From: Bacillota bacterium
GTDB lineage: Bacteria; Bacillota; Limnochordia; Darwinibacteriales; Darwinibacteriaceae
Assembly: GCA_012521335.1 (NCBI GenBank)
Contig: JAAYMM010000017.1
Coordinates: forward strand, 1 to 60,862
DNA: 60,862 nucleotides
Direction: 5' to 3'
Shown: one piece after another, positions 47,366 to 56,872 of the stretch
Position numbering within the stretch: position 1 is the first letter of the stretch
Layout: each line of letters begins with the position of its first letter
Notes under the pieces: generated by a model
Databases searched by the model: none
The model's input: the letters and a program-made list of their open reading frames with translations, nothing else
What the model was told of the DNA's origin: nothing
Position numbers and translations under genes: made by a program

Positions 47366-48136
47366 CTAACGGCGCAGATTACGCAGGGTAAAGATCTCGG
47401 CATCCACTTCTTCCTGGCTCACCGCTGCCAGTTCCAAGATAGTGCGCGTGCCTTGGGCGTTGTTAGCCATGATCACATGATGCGGTATGAGCTCACCGGC
47501 AACAGGTTTAAAATCGCTCAAAGTAAGGGTTTTGCTCAGCGCATCACCGGAAGTGTAGAACTCAATCTTCACCGGTACCATCTGTTCCTTCCAAACCCAC
47601 ATGCGCACCTTGTGGTAGGGAGCCTCGGAGCCCTTCGCGGTCAGTTCCAGCACGTAGCAGTCTACTCCCTGTTCCGCCTGGTCCTGGAGGCGCTGCACCG
47701 CATAGTTATCTTCGTAGTCGAAGTTGCCGCCGATCTCATCATAGGTGAAGTCTGTACCCATGAACGAATCGCCGGTCATGTGCGCTGCAATCCTCCGTTC
47801 CCTGCCCAAGGCGGGCATGTAGAGCCACATCTGGCTTTCGCCATCCTTGGGGTTCAGGGAGAGGAACTTGGTCCCCCGCACATCGGCGGGAGCTAAGTAC
47901 TCCAAGAACTGGGCATCTCCCTCATCATCCATTTTCACATAAACCCGCAGGGAGTAGCTGCGCTGCGCACCCTTCGCGTTTTCAGTGATCATAGTCAGTT
48001 CGGCACTGCCAGAACCACTTAAGATGGTGCGGAAGCTCAGCTCATCTAGAATTTCCTGGCCGGTCGGGCTCTGGGCGCAGACTGTTGAGCTTACGGCCAG
48101 CAGAAGCGTCAGAGCAAGCAAGAACACCCTTTTCAT
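47366..48136 (-). CDS. Outer-membrane lipoprotein-sorting (LolA-like) protein
   Basis: Signal peptide, PADVRGTKFL, WLYMPALGRERRI, FMGTDFTYDEI. Confidence 0.85.
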   Translation of the reverse strand: MKRVFLLALTLLLAVSSTVCAQSPTGQEILDELSFRTILSGSGSAELTMITENAKGAQRSYSLRVYVKMDDEGDAQFLEYLAPADVRGTKFLSLNPKDGESQMWLYMPALGRERRIAAHMTGDSFMGTDFTYDEIGGNFDYEDNYAVQRLQDQAEQGVDCYVLELTAKGSEAPYHKVRMWVWKEQMVPVKIEFYTSGDALSKTLTLSDFKPVAGELIPHHVIMANNAQGTRTILELAAVSQEEVDAEIFTLRNLRR

Positions 48137-48140
48137 CTCT

Positions 48141-50426
48141 TTACCCCTTTCTGAGTTGCCTTTGCGCAGAATAGTTCAATAAGAGCGGAATCACCAAAAG
48201 CGCCGCTAGGGAGCTGACGATCATGGCTGCGGAAATGAGCAGCCCGAACACCGCGATGGCGCGGAAGTGGGAGAACACCAAGACCAAGAACCCCACAACC
48301 AGTGCCAAGGCATTGTAGATGATCGCCCGGCCTGCTGATCTGCTGGTCAGGCGCAGCGCGACGGCACTGTCCTGTCCGCGTTCCAACTCCCAGCGATAGC
48401 GGCTGATATAGTGAACGGCATAATCCACACCGATGCCGATGGCCACACTGGAGATCATGCTGGTCACCGCATCGAGGGGCAGGCCCGCAAAACCCATGAT
48501 CCCAAAGTTGACCACAACGGTGAAGATCAGGGGGATCATGCTGAACAGCCCCAAGGACACAGACCTCATGAGGAGGCTCACGATCACGCCAACCATGATA
48601 CTGGAGCTTATCAGGCTGGAGACCTGAGTCTGCACATAGCGGTTCATCAGGCGCTGCATCACTTTCGGCGTACCGGAGAGATGCGCCTTCAGCTTGGAAC
48701 TGCCATTGTAGCGGGTGGCCAGGAAGTTTTCCACCTCACCGATCACATGAGCCATCTGCTCCGCATCCAGCGTCTTCATCTGGGCAGTAACGAGAGCCTT
48801 GCTGTAATCATAAGTCACCAGGGAATCGATGCCAGAACCGCCCTGCATAGTAAAGAGGAGCAGCTGCTGCGCTACGGCTTCCCTGCTGTCAGGAATGGTG
48901 TAAGCTTGCGGATCACCATCCCACAGCGCCTGGTTGAGCTCTCGGATCACGTCCGCTATAGATGTGGCGTGGTTGATGGTGTCCCAAGAGTCTAGGTATT
49001 CCTGGATGGCCACCAGCTCCTGGAGTACCTCAGGGTCTTTGACGCCATCCTCTTCACCTGTATCCAGCACCACTGAAATCTGCATGCTTCCGCCAAATAC
49101 TTCCTCGATGACCGTTGTGGCCTGGCGCACCGGGCTGGAAGCCCCAAAGTAGTTGACGATGTTGCTCTCCAGCGTAATCAACCCAGCGCCCAGAGCAAAC
49201 ACTACCAACAGAACCACAACCACGGCGGTGAGCTGTTTGGGGCGAGCCACGGCCCAGGTGACAAAAGCCTGGAGGAGGCAGCTGAGCGGCCCCTCCTTTT
49301 CTGGCGTATCCTCGGCGAGGCGCACTCGCGGCTCTCTAACCAGAATCAAAAGAGCGGGCACAAGGCTCAAAGACAGAGCCATGGCCAGCATCACGCCGAT
49401 GGCGGTGAGCACCCCGAATTCGCGGATGGGATGCACAAAAGCGGTGATCAGCGAAGCAAAGCCGGCTGCTGTAGTCAGGGCTGCCATGGCCACAGGGGAG
49501 GTAATGGCTGCAAAGGTTTCCTCCAGGGCTTCCCTTTTGGCCAGGCCCCGGGCCAGCCCTTCTTGATACTTGTTCAAAATGTGGATGCTGGAGGCGATGC
49601 CGATGGTGACAAGAATCACGGGCATCACCATGGAAATCATGGAAACGGGAATGCCCCGCCAGATCATGAGCCCCACGGTCCAGATCACGCTCATGCCCAC
49701 TGTGACCAAGGGTATGATGATGCCCAGCACCGAACGCAGAGTAGCGTAGAGCACAGCCCCAATAATCACCACTACGAAGGGCACCAGTTTGACCAGGTCT
49801 TCTTTCATGGCTTGTTCAGTGTAGTAGAGGATATAGGCATCGCCCACCACATGGATCTGTTCGGGCCCACGGTATCCTTCCACGATGGCTTCAACTTGCG
49901 CCATGAGCTCGTTGCGTTCCGGCCCCATTACCAGACTGTCCAGCTCTAGGAACAAGGCAGCACCCCGTCCGTCCAGAGTAACCAGACGGCCGGCATAGGG
50001 GCTGCCGAGAATGTCCGCCTTGAACTGGGCAATGGTCTCAGGGCTCTGGGGCAGTTCTGAGGTCATTGGCGCGATCTCGATGCCGAAAAAGCCGCTTTCC
50101 ACCTTTTGGGCGTTAAAGGGGCTCTGCACCTCCACCACACCTGGCAGCGCCGCCAACGCCGCTGCTAGATCATGAATCTTGCGCAGAGTAGCTGGGCTGA
50201 ACACATCCTCGCCCTGCACTGCGATGAGAAACAGGTCCTGGGTGCCGAAGTCTTCGACCACTTCCATCAGTTCCACCAGAACCGGGTCGTCTTCAGGGAT
50301 CATGGCATCGATACTGGCGTTGAAGGTGATGTGGGGCAGAAGGCTGCCGGAAATAACGGTGATCAGCACCGCAACAGCGATCACCGCCCAAGGATGATCC
50401 AAAACTAGCTTGAACCAGCGCTGCAA
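48141..50426 (-). CDS. MMPL/RND-family transporter
   Basis: Two-fold repeat of TM1 + large periplasmic loop + 5 TM; GIGVDYAVH in the second repeat. Confidence 0.9.
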   Translation of the reverse strand: MQRWFKLVLDHPWAVIAVAVLITVISGSLLPHITFNASIDAMIPEDDPVLVELMEVVEDFGTQDLFLIAVQGEDVFSPATLRKIHDLAAALAALPGVVEVQSPFNAQKVESGFFGIEIAPMTSELPQSPETIAQFKADILGSPYAGRLVTLDGRGAALFLELDSLVMGPERNELMAQVEAIVEGYRGPEQIHVVGDAYILYYTEQAMKEDLVKLVPFVVVIIGAVLYATLRSVLGIIIPLVTVGMSVIWTVGLMIWRGIPVSMISMVMPVILVTIGIASSIHILNKYQEGLARGLAKREALEETFAAITSPVAMAALTTAAGFASLITAFVHPIREFGVLTAIGVMLAMALSLSLVPALLILVREPRVRLAEDTPEKEGPLSCLLQAFVTWAVARPKQLTAVVVVLLVVFALGAGLITLESNIVNYFGASSPVRQATTVIEEVFGGSMQISVVLDTGEEDGVKDPEVLQELVAIQEYLDSWDTINHATSIADVIRELNQALWDGDPQAYTIPDSREAVAQQLLLFTMQGGSGIDSLVTYDYSKALVTAQMKTLDAEQMAHVIGEVENFLATRYNGSSKLKAHLSGTPKVMQRLMNRYVQTQVSSLISSSIMVGVIVSLLMRSVSLGLFSMIPLIFTVVVNFGIMGFAGLPLDAVTSMISSVAIGIGVDYAVHYISRYRWELERGQDSAVALRLTSRSAGRAIIYNALALVVGFLVLVFSHFRAIAVFGLLISAAMIVSSLAALLVIPLLLNYSAQRQLRKG

Positions 50427-50431
50427 TTAGT

Positions 50432-51007
50432 TCACCTCTTTCTGAGCCGAAAGACCATGTTCAGTGCTTCGAAGCTGAGATAGGCGGTTTCTTTGGGCTC
50501 GAGCAGAATCTGCACGGCAATGCCGAAGATGCCCCCTAAGAACAATCCCGATAAGACTTCTGGCGAATAGGTATAGCCCAGCTCTTCCAACAAATCCCCC
50601 GTGAAAACCTCGGTGGCAAATAAGTTGATGATCACCTGGAAAATCTCCCGCACCTGCTCCCGCAGGGGTTCCGAGCGCAGAGCCAGCCCCACCAGATCGT
50701 AAAGCACCCTAAAGAGTTCTGGCTCTTTGGTGAGGATCTCCTGGTAGAGCCTGAGGAAGCACTCACCTTTTTCCCAGGGGGTCATGTCAGGCTGCAGCTC
50801 CTGCACAAACTCAGAGTAGCGGTCGGCCACCCTGCGCCCTACAGCCAGCAGCAGCCCTTCTTTGTTCTGGAAATGATAGCTGATTTGGCTGAGGGCCACT
50901 TGGGCCTCTTCGGCGATCTGGCGCAACGACGTTTGAGCGTAGCCTTCCCGGGCGATCACGTTGTAGGCTGCATCGAGAATTTTTTCCTCCTGCGATTTTT
51001 CCAGCAC
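50432..51007 (-). CDS. TetR/AcrR-family regulator
   Basis: ILDAAYNVIAREGYAQTSLRQIAEEAQVALSQISYHFQNKEGL. Confidence 0.92.
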   Translation of the reverse strand: MLEKSQEEKILDAAYNVIAREGYAQTSLRQIAEEAQVALSQISYHFQNKEGLLLAVGRRVADRYSEFVQELQPDMTPWEKGECFLRLYQEILTKEPELFRVLYDLVGLALRSEPLREQVREIFQVIINLFATEVFTGDLLEELGYTYSPEVLSGLFLGGIFGIAVQILLEPKETAYLSFEALNMVFRLRKR

Positions 51008-51022
51008 TAGCTCACCCCTTCC

Positions 51023-51062
51023 TTCGATCGGACGACCGTTCGAAGAAACTAATCATATTATA
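51023..51062 (-). promoter_or_regulatory. -10 box and candidate TetR operator
   Basis: TATAAT on the minus strand (51062-51057); imperfect 22-bp palindrome TTCGATCGGACGACCGTTCGAA (51023-51044). Confidence 0.55.
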
Positions 51063-51147
51063 GCGCTTCTTGGCGCAAAATGCTACGGGTGCCAGAAAAA
51101 AGGATCAGCTCCCCGACAGAGCGAAACTAGGGGCAGGAGGTGAGTGT

Positions 51148-51654
51148 GTGTACGACTTCTTCATCGGCATCCGCCTGCCCAAGAAACTGGAGGAGACCTG
51201 TGAACACTACCGGCGGGCCTTTCGTGCTCCCCGCACCCCTGCCCATATTACCGTTATCGCTCCTTTCGCCTGGGAGCAGAGCACGGAAGAACTGCACGAA
51301 CTGCTGCGCAGGGCAGTGGAGCCTATTTCCCCCTTTCAGGTTCGCGGTACGGGCTTGGGTTCCTTTGGCACCAGGGTCCTGTTTGTGAACGTAACCCTCA
51401 GTGATGAGCTGCGCGAACTTCACCGCGCACTCGCAGACAGCCTCAGGCAGGCCGGCGTACAAGTGGAGCGACGGCCCTATCATCCCCACATTACCCTGGC
51501 GACTAGGCTGAGCCCGCCCCAATTTGCCCGGTACAAAAAAGAACTGGAAGGCTTCTCCCCCAGTTACGCTTTTCCCTGTGAAGCAATCAGCTTATTTGAG
51601 TTCACCGCGGAGAGGAGATGGCTGGAACAGACGGAATTTGCCCTCAGAGGCTGA
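51148..51654 (+). CDS. 2H phosphoesterase (2'-5' RNA ligase family)
   Basis: Two HxT motifs, PAHITV and PHITL; GTG 51148 after AGGAGG. Confidence 0.88.
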   Translation: MYDFFIGIRLPKKLEETCEHYRRAFRAPRTPAHITVIAPFAWEQSTEELHELLRRAVEPISPFQVRGTGLGSFGTRVLFVNVTLSDELRELHRALADSLRQAGVQVERRPYHPHITLATRLSPPQFARYKKELEGFSPSYAFPCEAISLFEFTAERRWLEQTEFALRG

Positions 51655-51664
51655 ATCCATAACC

Positions 51665-51693
51665 TTGTCTTTACATTGATCATCTGATATTAT
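51665..51693 (+). promoter_or_regulatory. Candidate sigmaA promoter for fprA
   Basis: TTGTCT-N17-TATTAT with TG extension. Confidence 0.5.
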
Positions 51694-51720
51694 CTCCCTA
51701 AAAGGAAAAGGGGTGTTTCT

Positions 51721-52914
51721 GTGAATACTGCGAAAAAGCTGACTGACAAAGTCACCTGGGTCGGCAAAGTAGATTGGGAACTGCAGACCTTTCACGGCCA
51801 TGAGTATTCCACCCGCAGGGGTTCTTCGTACAACTCTTACCTCATCCGCGATGAGAAAAATGTGCTGATCGACACGGTCTGGCTCCCTTACGACCGGGAG
51901 TTTGTGGAACATCTCCGCTCCGAAATAGATCTGCACGAAATCGACTACATTATCATCCAACACGCGGAAATCGACCACAGCGGCGCCCTGCTGGAGCTGA
52001 TGAGGGAGATCCCCGATACACCCATTTACTGCACCAAGAATGGGGAGCGCATCCTCAAGGGCCACTTCCACGAGGATTGGAACATCGTCACCGTCAAAAC
52101 CGGTGATACCCTAGACATTGGCCAGTCCAAACTCGTTTTCGTGGAAGCCCCTATGCTGCACTGGCCCGATACCATGTTCACTTACATGACCGGCGAGAAC
52201 ATCCTTTTCAGCAACGATGCCTTCGGGCAGCACTACGCCACCGAGTCGTTGTACAACGATGCCGCAGATCAGTGTGAACTGTTCGCGGAGGCCATGAAAT
52301 ACTACGCCAACATCCTCACCCCGTTCAGCGCTTTGGTGAAAAAGAAGATCAACGAGGTCCTGGCCATGGATCTGCAGGTTGATCTGATCTGCACCAGCCA
52401 CGGCGTGATCTGGAGGGACAACCCGGCCCAGATTATCCACAAGTACCTGGAGTGGGCCGACGACTACCAGGAGAACCAGATCACCATCGTCTACGACACC
52501 ATGTGGAACTCCACCAGGCTCATGGCTGAAGCGATCGCCACAGGCATTCAGGCCGCGGATCCGGAAGTAACCATCAAGGTGCTCAATGCGGCGAAGTACG
52601 ACAAAAACGACATTGTGACTGAGATTTTTAAGTCAAAAGCAATTTTGGCCGGCTCATCCACCGTGAACAACCGCTACCTGTCCGCCATGGGCGGGCTGCT
52701 GGAGATGGTCAAGGGCATGAAGTTCAAAAAGAAAAAAGCCGCAGCTTTCGGCAGCTACGGCTGGAGCGGCGAGGCGGTGAAGCTGCTCACGGAAGATCTC
52801 ACTACGGCCGGCTTCGAAGTCGTGAATGACGGCTGCAGAGTCCAGTGGGTGCCAGATGAGGCAGCCCTCCAGGCATGCCAGGAGTTCGGGCGCAGCTTCG
52901 CGCGCAGCATCTAG
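51721..52914 (+). CDS. fprA: Class A flavodiiron protein (O2/NO reductase)
   Basis: [23 protein letters not shown]; C-terminal flavodoxin ([17 protein letters not shown]). Confidence 0.93.
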   Translation: MNTAKKLTDKVTWVGKVDWELQTFHGHEYSTRRGSSYNSYLIRDEKNVLIDTVWLPYDREFVEHLRSEIDLHEIDYIIIQHAEIDHSGALLELMREIPDTPIYCTKNGERILKGHFHEDWNIVTVKTGDTLDIGQSKLVFVEAPMLHWPDTMFTYMTGENILFSNDAFGQHYATESLYNDAADQCELFAEAMKYYANILTPFSALVKKKINEVLAMDLQVDLICTSHGVIWRDNPAQIIHKYLEWADDYQENQITIVYDTMWNSTRLMAEAIATGIQAADPEVTIKVLNAAKYDKNDIVTEIFKSKAILAGSSTVNNRYLSAMGGLLEMVKGMKFKKKKAAAFGSYGWSGEAVKLLTEDLTTAGFEVVNDGCRVQWVPDEAALQACQEFGRSFARSI

Positions 52915-52935
52915 ACGTTTCCGAACCCAGTGTAG

Positions 52936-52963
52936 AACCGCAGGCTCAGTGCCTGCGGTTTTT
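52936..52963. terminator. Intrinsic terminator between fprA and the MCP gene
   Basis: AACCGCAGGC-TCAGT-GCCTGCGGTTTTT. Confidence 0.82.
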
Positions 52964-54876
52964 CACATCTGAGGTTCCAATTCAAACCGGGCGGCCAGCG
53001 CCCTCAGTTCTTCCACCATCGTCTCTACTGAAGCGGAAACATCCACCACTTCTGCGATGGAACTCTTCTGGCGCTCCGTGGCCGCGGAGATCTCACCGCT
53101 GCCCCTGGCCAGTTCTTCCGTGGCCCGGGCCACATCCTCAAAGCTGGCCACCGTCTGGCGGATGGTGGCGGCGATGGAGTTGAAGGCCTGGCGCGTTTCG
53201 GCCAAGGCGTGCACACCTCGATTCACTTCCCGGTCGTTGGCGGCACTGGTCTGCACCGCATATTCCGCCTGCTGCATCACCAGGCTCATGGTAGCCCGTA
53301 CATCGCCTACCAGCGCCTGGGTCTGCTCTGCCAGCTTGCGCACCTCTTGGGCCACTACGGCAAAGCCTCGCCCTTCGTGTCCCGCCCGGGCCGCTTCAAT
53401 GGCCGCGTTCAAAGCCAGCAGATTGGTCTGCTCGGCAATATCCGCAATGGAATCGAGCATCTCCCCAATGCGGGCGGTTTCCTGCTTCAAGGCTTCGATA
53501 GCCTGTACCGCTTCTTTGGCTGTGGTGTTGATGCTGTTCATCACCTGCTCCATCAGGCCGATCTGCCCCATGCCCCGCTCTGTGAGGACCAATGACTCGC
53601 CGGCCTCCGCACTCATTTTGGTGGCGTGGGCACTGGACTGCTGAGCTGTAGTGGCAAACTGCACGGCCGTAGACGCCACCTGGGCCAGGGCGGTAGAGTT
53701 ATCCTCGGCGATGTTGGTTAGTGTCTGCACGTCCCGGGAGATGGCGGCAATGGCTCCATGCACTCCCCGCACCATCTCTTCCAGCGTGGCCAGCATGGCA
53801 TTGTAGCACTTGGCCATCTGCCCCAGCTCATCCCGGCGGGGCAGGTGCACAGGCTGGCCCAGCTTGCCTTGGGACACCAAGCTGAGCTGCGCGGCCATGA
53901 GTTTCACCGGCCGGGAGACACTGCCGGCCATATACGTGGCCACGACAAACACGGCCACCAGAAACAGGCCAAAGGCCAGCAGAGAGAAGTTCCTCAAGGC
54001 ATTGGCCCGGGCTAAGATAGCATCTAAAGGCAGGCTGATGGCCAGCGTCCAGGAAGAGGCGCCGGGAACGGGCTGGAAAAAGGCTAGGGTTGGCGTACCA
54101 TCGGGCCCGGTGATCCGAGCACTCCCTCCCTCACCCTGGGCTGCCCTTGCTCCCAGCTCGGCCAGCCCAGCATAGCCTGCCCCATCGCTGCGCACATTTA
54201 AGGCCAGCTCCAGATCACTTTGGGGATGGGCGATCACTAGTCCCGACTGGTCCACAAGCCAGCCGTAGCCCTGCTGGCCAACGGAAGAAGCCACGGCCAG
54301 TTCCCGCAGGGGGGCAAAGGGTACGGTCAGCCCTAAAAGCCCCACCTTTTCCCCTTTATCGTTGCGCACCTCATGGGCCACTTGGAAGACCACTTCTCCC
54401 TCGGGGTTCACAAAGGGTGCGCCCACGGCCGCCTTACGATCTGCCACCATGATGGCCTGGAAGAATTCACTGTCCTCGGCCTGCTCCATGGTCACCCCGT
54501 CACCCGCGTAGAGGGTGCCCATGGTGTCCACAAAGAAGACATTATGGAATCCAGCGCGCAAGCTGCGCTGGCGTGTCGCGATATCACTGCGCACGAGGCT
54601 CTGGTAATGGGTGAAGCGATTGGCGTCCAGAGTCTGCATATCAACCATGTACCCGCCGAAAAACTGCTTAGAGATGACTTCCGCCTCACGGATGTACTCC
54701 TGGAGGCGGGTATCAATCTGGACTGCCCTGTTGGAGACAACCTCCCCGATCATCTCCTCAGTCATGGGCAGGATGGTGTTTTGAATCCGGTTGGTGAACA
54801 CGTAAGCAAAAATCATCAGCAAAATGGCTACTGGGATGGAAAAGGCCAAGACCATTTTGGCTCTGAATGATTTCAC
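52963..54876 (-). CDS. Methyl-accepting chemotaxis protein (Cache sensor, HAMP)
   Basis: Two TMs, Cache-like region ([16 protein letters not shown]), HAMP (RRDELGQM), signalling hairpin [20 protein letters not shown]. Confidence 0.94.
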   Translation of the reverse strand: MKSFRAKMVLAFSIPVAILLMIFAYVFTNRIQNTILPMTEEMIGEVVSNRAVQIDTRLQEYIREAEVISKQFFGGYMVDMQTLDANRFTHYQSLVRSDIATRQRSLRAGFHNVFFVDTMGTLYAGDGVTMEQAEDSEFFQAIMVADRKAAVGAPFVNPEGEVVFQVAHEVRNDKGEKVGLLGLTVPFAPLRELAVASSVGQQGYGWLVDQSGLVIAHPQSDLELALNVRSDGAGYAGLAELGARAAQGEGGSARITGPDGTPTLAFFQPVPGASSWTLAISLPLDAILARANALRNFSLLAFGLFLVAVFVVATYMAGSVSRPVKLMAAQLSLVSQGKLGQPVHLPRRDELGQMAKCYNAMLATLEEMVRGVHGAIAAISRDVQTLTNIAEDNSTALAQVASTAVQFATTAQQSSAHATKMSAEAGESLVLTERGMGQIGLMEQVMNSINTTAKEAVQAIEALKQETARIGEMLDSIADIAEQTNLLALNAAIEAARAGHEGRGFAVVAQEVRKLAEQTQALVGDVRATMSLVMQQAEYAVQTSAANDREVNRGVHALAETRQAFNSIAATIRQTVASFEDVARATEELARGSGEISAATERQKSSIAEVVDVSASVETMVEELRALAARFELEPQM

Positions 54877-55117
54877 TGTCTGTCCCCCTCATGAATTGAG
54901 ATACCTTTTCTATTCGTCAATATTTTATTAAACCCTATATTTCTTTCAGCCTGCACAGAACTTCTGGGCAAAAAAATTAAGAAAGAACGCGGCATCTTTC
55001 TTTTGTTTCAGGTAAATGCTATTAATAACCCTTAGCATCACAGCAGGAAAACTATACCGCGTGCAGAAATGAGTGTTTTAATGGAATTTTACGGAATAAC
55101 ACGGCGGAGGACATTCC

Positions 55118-55930
55118 ATGCGCAGGATAAAGAACGCGGGGCTTTGCTTAGCCGCTATACTGATCATCTCTCTCTCAGCCATACACCCGACAGCAGCTGC
55201 CCAGTTCTACCTGAACGAACTGTTGGAAAGTTTTCCGCCCATCCAAGTGATCAAGGAAGGTCCGCTCATGCGCAATCTTGAACTGCACCTGGAAGAACCA
55301 GCCCCAGAACCTGAACCTGAACAGGAACCGGAACCTGAACTCACCCCGGCGCCCGCTCCCCTGCCCGCGCGGAAAATCGCGCTCACCTTTGACGACGGCC
55401 CCGACCGCATCAACACCCCTAAACTTTTGGACATTCTCCGGGACGAACAGGTCCCGGCCACGTTCTTCGTCCTCGGAGAAAAGGTGGAGCGTTACCCAGA
55501 GATGACCCGCCGCATCTTTGAGGAAGGGCATTTGATCGCCAACCACTCCCGCACCCACGTGGATCTGTCTGAGCTCACCAATGAAGACATTCTGGCCTTG
55601 GAGCTCGAGCCAACTTCGCAGGCGGTGGAAAGGCTCACCGGGTTTTACCCCACCATCATGCGCCCGCCCTACGGCTCGCTGCGCCAGGATTCAGTAATGT
55701 TCCTGCGGGAAAACGGCTGGCAGATTGTGCGCTGGTCCCTGGATACGTTCGACTGGGACAGCACGCGCAACTCACCGGAGGAGATCATTGAACGCATTCA
55801 GAAGGGGCATCACCACAAAGCCGTTGTGCTCATGCACTGCAACGGCCCCACAACCATCCAAGCCCTGCCGGAGATCATCGCCATCCTGCGCAGCCTGGGC
55901 TATGAGTTCGTCACCGTAAACCAGCTCTAG
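55118..55930 (+). CDS. Polysaccharide deacetylase (CE4/NodB) with signal peptide and PE-rich linker
   Basis: TFDDGP, HSRTH, RPPYG, DTFDW, VLMH. Confidence 0.92.
   Translation: MRRIKNAGLCLAAILIISLSAIHPTAAAQFYLNELLESFPPIQVIKEGPLMRNLELHLEEPAPEPEPEQEPEPELTPAPAPLPARKIALTFDDGPDRINTPKLLDILRDEQVPATFFVLGEKVERYPEMTRRIFEEGHLIANHSRTHVDLSELTNEDILALELEPTSQAVERLTGFYPTIMRPPYGSLRQDSVMFLRENGWQIVRWSLDTFDWDSTRNSPEEIIERIQKGHHHKAVVLMHCNGPTTIQALPEIIAILRSLGYEFVTVNQL
55307..55340 (+). repeat. Degenerate hexamer tandem repeat (GAACCN) encoding EPEPEQEPEPE
   Basis: GAACCT GAACCT GAACAG GAACCG GAACCT GAAC. Confidence 0.8.
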
Positions 55931-55936
55931 AAACAG

Positions 55937-55974
55937 ACCCACTGCCTTCTGACCAGAGGGACAGTGGGTGTTTT
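55937..55974 (+). terminator. Probable terminator after the deacetylase
   Basis: ACCCACTG...CAGTGGGT followed by GTTTT. Confidence 0.55.
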
Positions 55975-56725
55975 GCGTTTCCAACAGGGAAGAAGGAGTC
56001 AGGATGAAGCCTTGACCTTGACAGCGCTCCCCCGCAGGCTGGGTTACTCTGAGTTCCACACCACACGGAAGTTTAGGGAAATAGCGGGCATGCCCTTTCG
56101 GGACTATCTGCGCCGCAGAAGGCTGGCCTTTGCCTTGATCGAAGTGCGGGACAGCAGCAAGAGCATCCTGGAGATTGCGCTGGATCACGGTTTTTCGTCA
56201 CACGCAGCCTTTACGCGGGCTTTCAAAGAAACCTACGGAGTCACTCCCAGTGAGTACAGGAGGAACCCCAAACCTGTGGTCCTGCGCACCAAAATCAACC
56301 CGTTCGACCCCCACTTCTTAGGCTTAGGGGAGATTGGTATGATGGAGTCAAGCGGCGAGATCAAGATCTACTTCGTAACCATCCCTGCGCACAAGTTCCT
56401 GCACATCAGGAACTACGAGAGCGACGGCTACTGGGGTTTTTGGGCCAAGCAGGAACAGATTCTAGGTCAGGACTGCGACACCATCTGCGGCTTGCTGGAC
56501 AGCATCAAAGGCAAGCTGGACGACTCAGGGGTGGCGGATCCCAACAGCGGCAGCGGTCAGTGCATGGAAAACGAGGCTGTGTATAAGAAGCTGGAACAGG
56601 CCATGGCTGAGTTCGATTTTGCCGATACCGGCTACTGCTTCGACTATACCACCGGGCGGGCTGCCTACTTCTACCATGATCCCGAACGGTTCTGGAAGTA
56701 CATCAGGCCCGTGCGGAAAGCATAG
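55964..56725 (+). CDS. AraC-family regulator, apparently 5'-truncated and internally deleted (possible pseudogene)
   Basis: HTH region LGYSEFHTTRKF...IALDHGFSSHAAFTRAFKETYGVTPSEYR; the only start lies inside the upstream terminator and lacks an SD. Confidence 0.75.
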   Translation: MGVLRFQQGRRSQDEALTLTALPRRLGYSEFHTTRKFREIAGMPFRDYLRRRRLAFALIEVRDSSKSILEIALDHGFSSHAAFTRAFKETYGVTPSEYRRNPKPVVLRTKINPFDPHFLGLGEIGMMESSGEIKIYFVTIPAHKFLHIRNYESDGYWGFWAKQEQILGQDCDTICGLLDSIKGKLDDSGVADPNSGSGQCMENEAVYKKLEQAMAEFDFADTGYCFDYTTGRAAYFYHDPERFWKYIRPVRKA

Positions 56726-56872
56726 GCACCCCCAAAACCGCAACTCCTCTCTGCGCTAGCAAAGCCCCGCGCCGAGAGGAGTTGGCGCGCTGGTTTACTG
56801 AGTAGTACACAAGGGGTTTGCGGTTCTGTGGAGAACTCCAGGTTATCTGCAAGTGAAATGGAGGCTTGATTA

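Noticed and set aside
54877-55117. sigma28 promoter or c-di-GMP riboswitch ahead of the MCP gene
   Set aside because: Only a weak -10-like GACGAATA without a correctly spaced TAAA, and no GEMM consensus.
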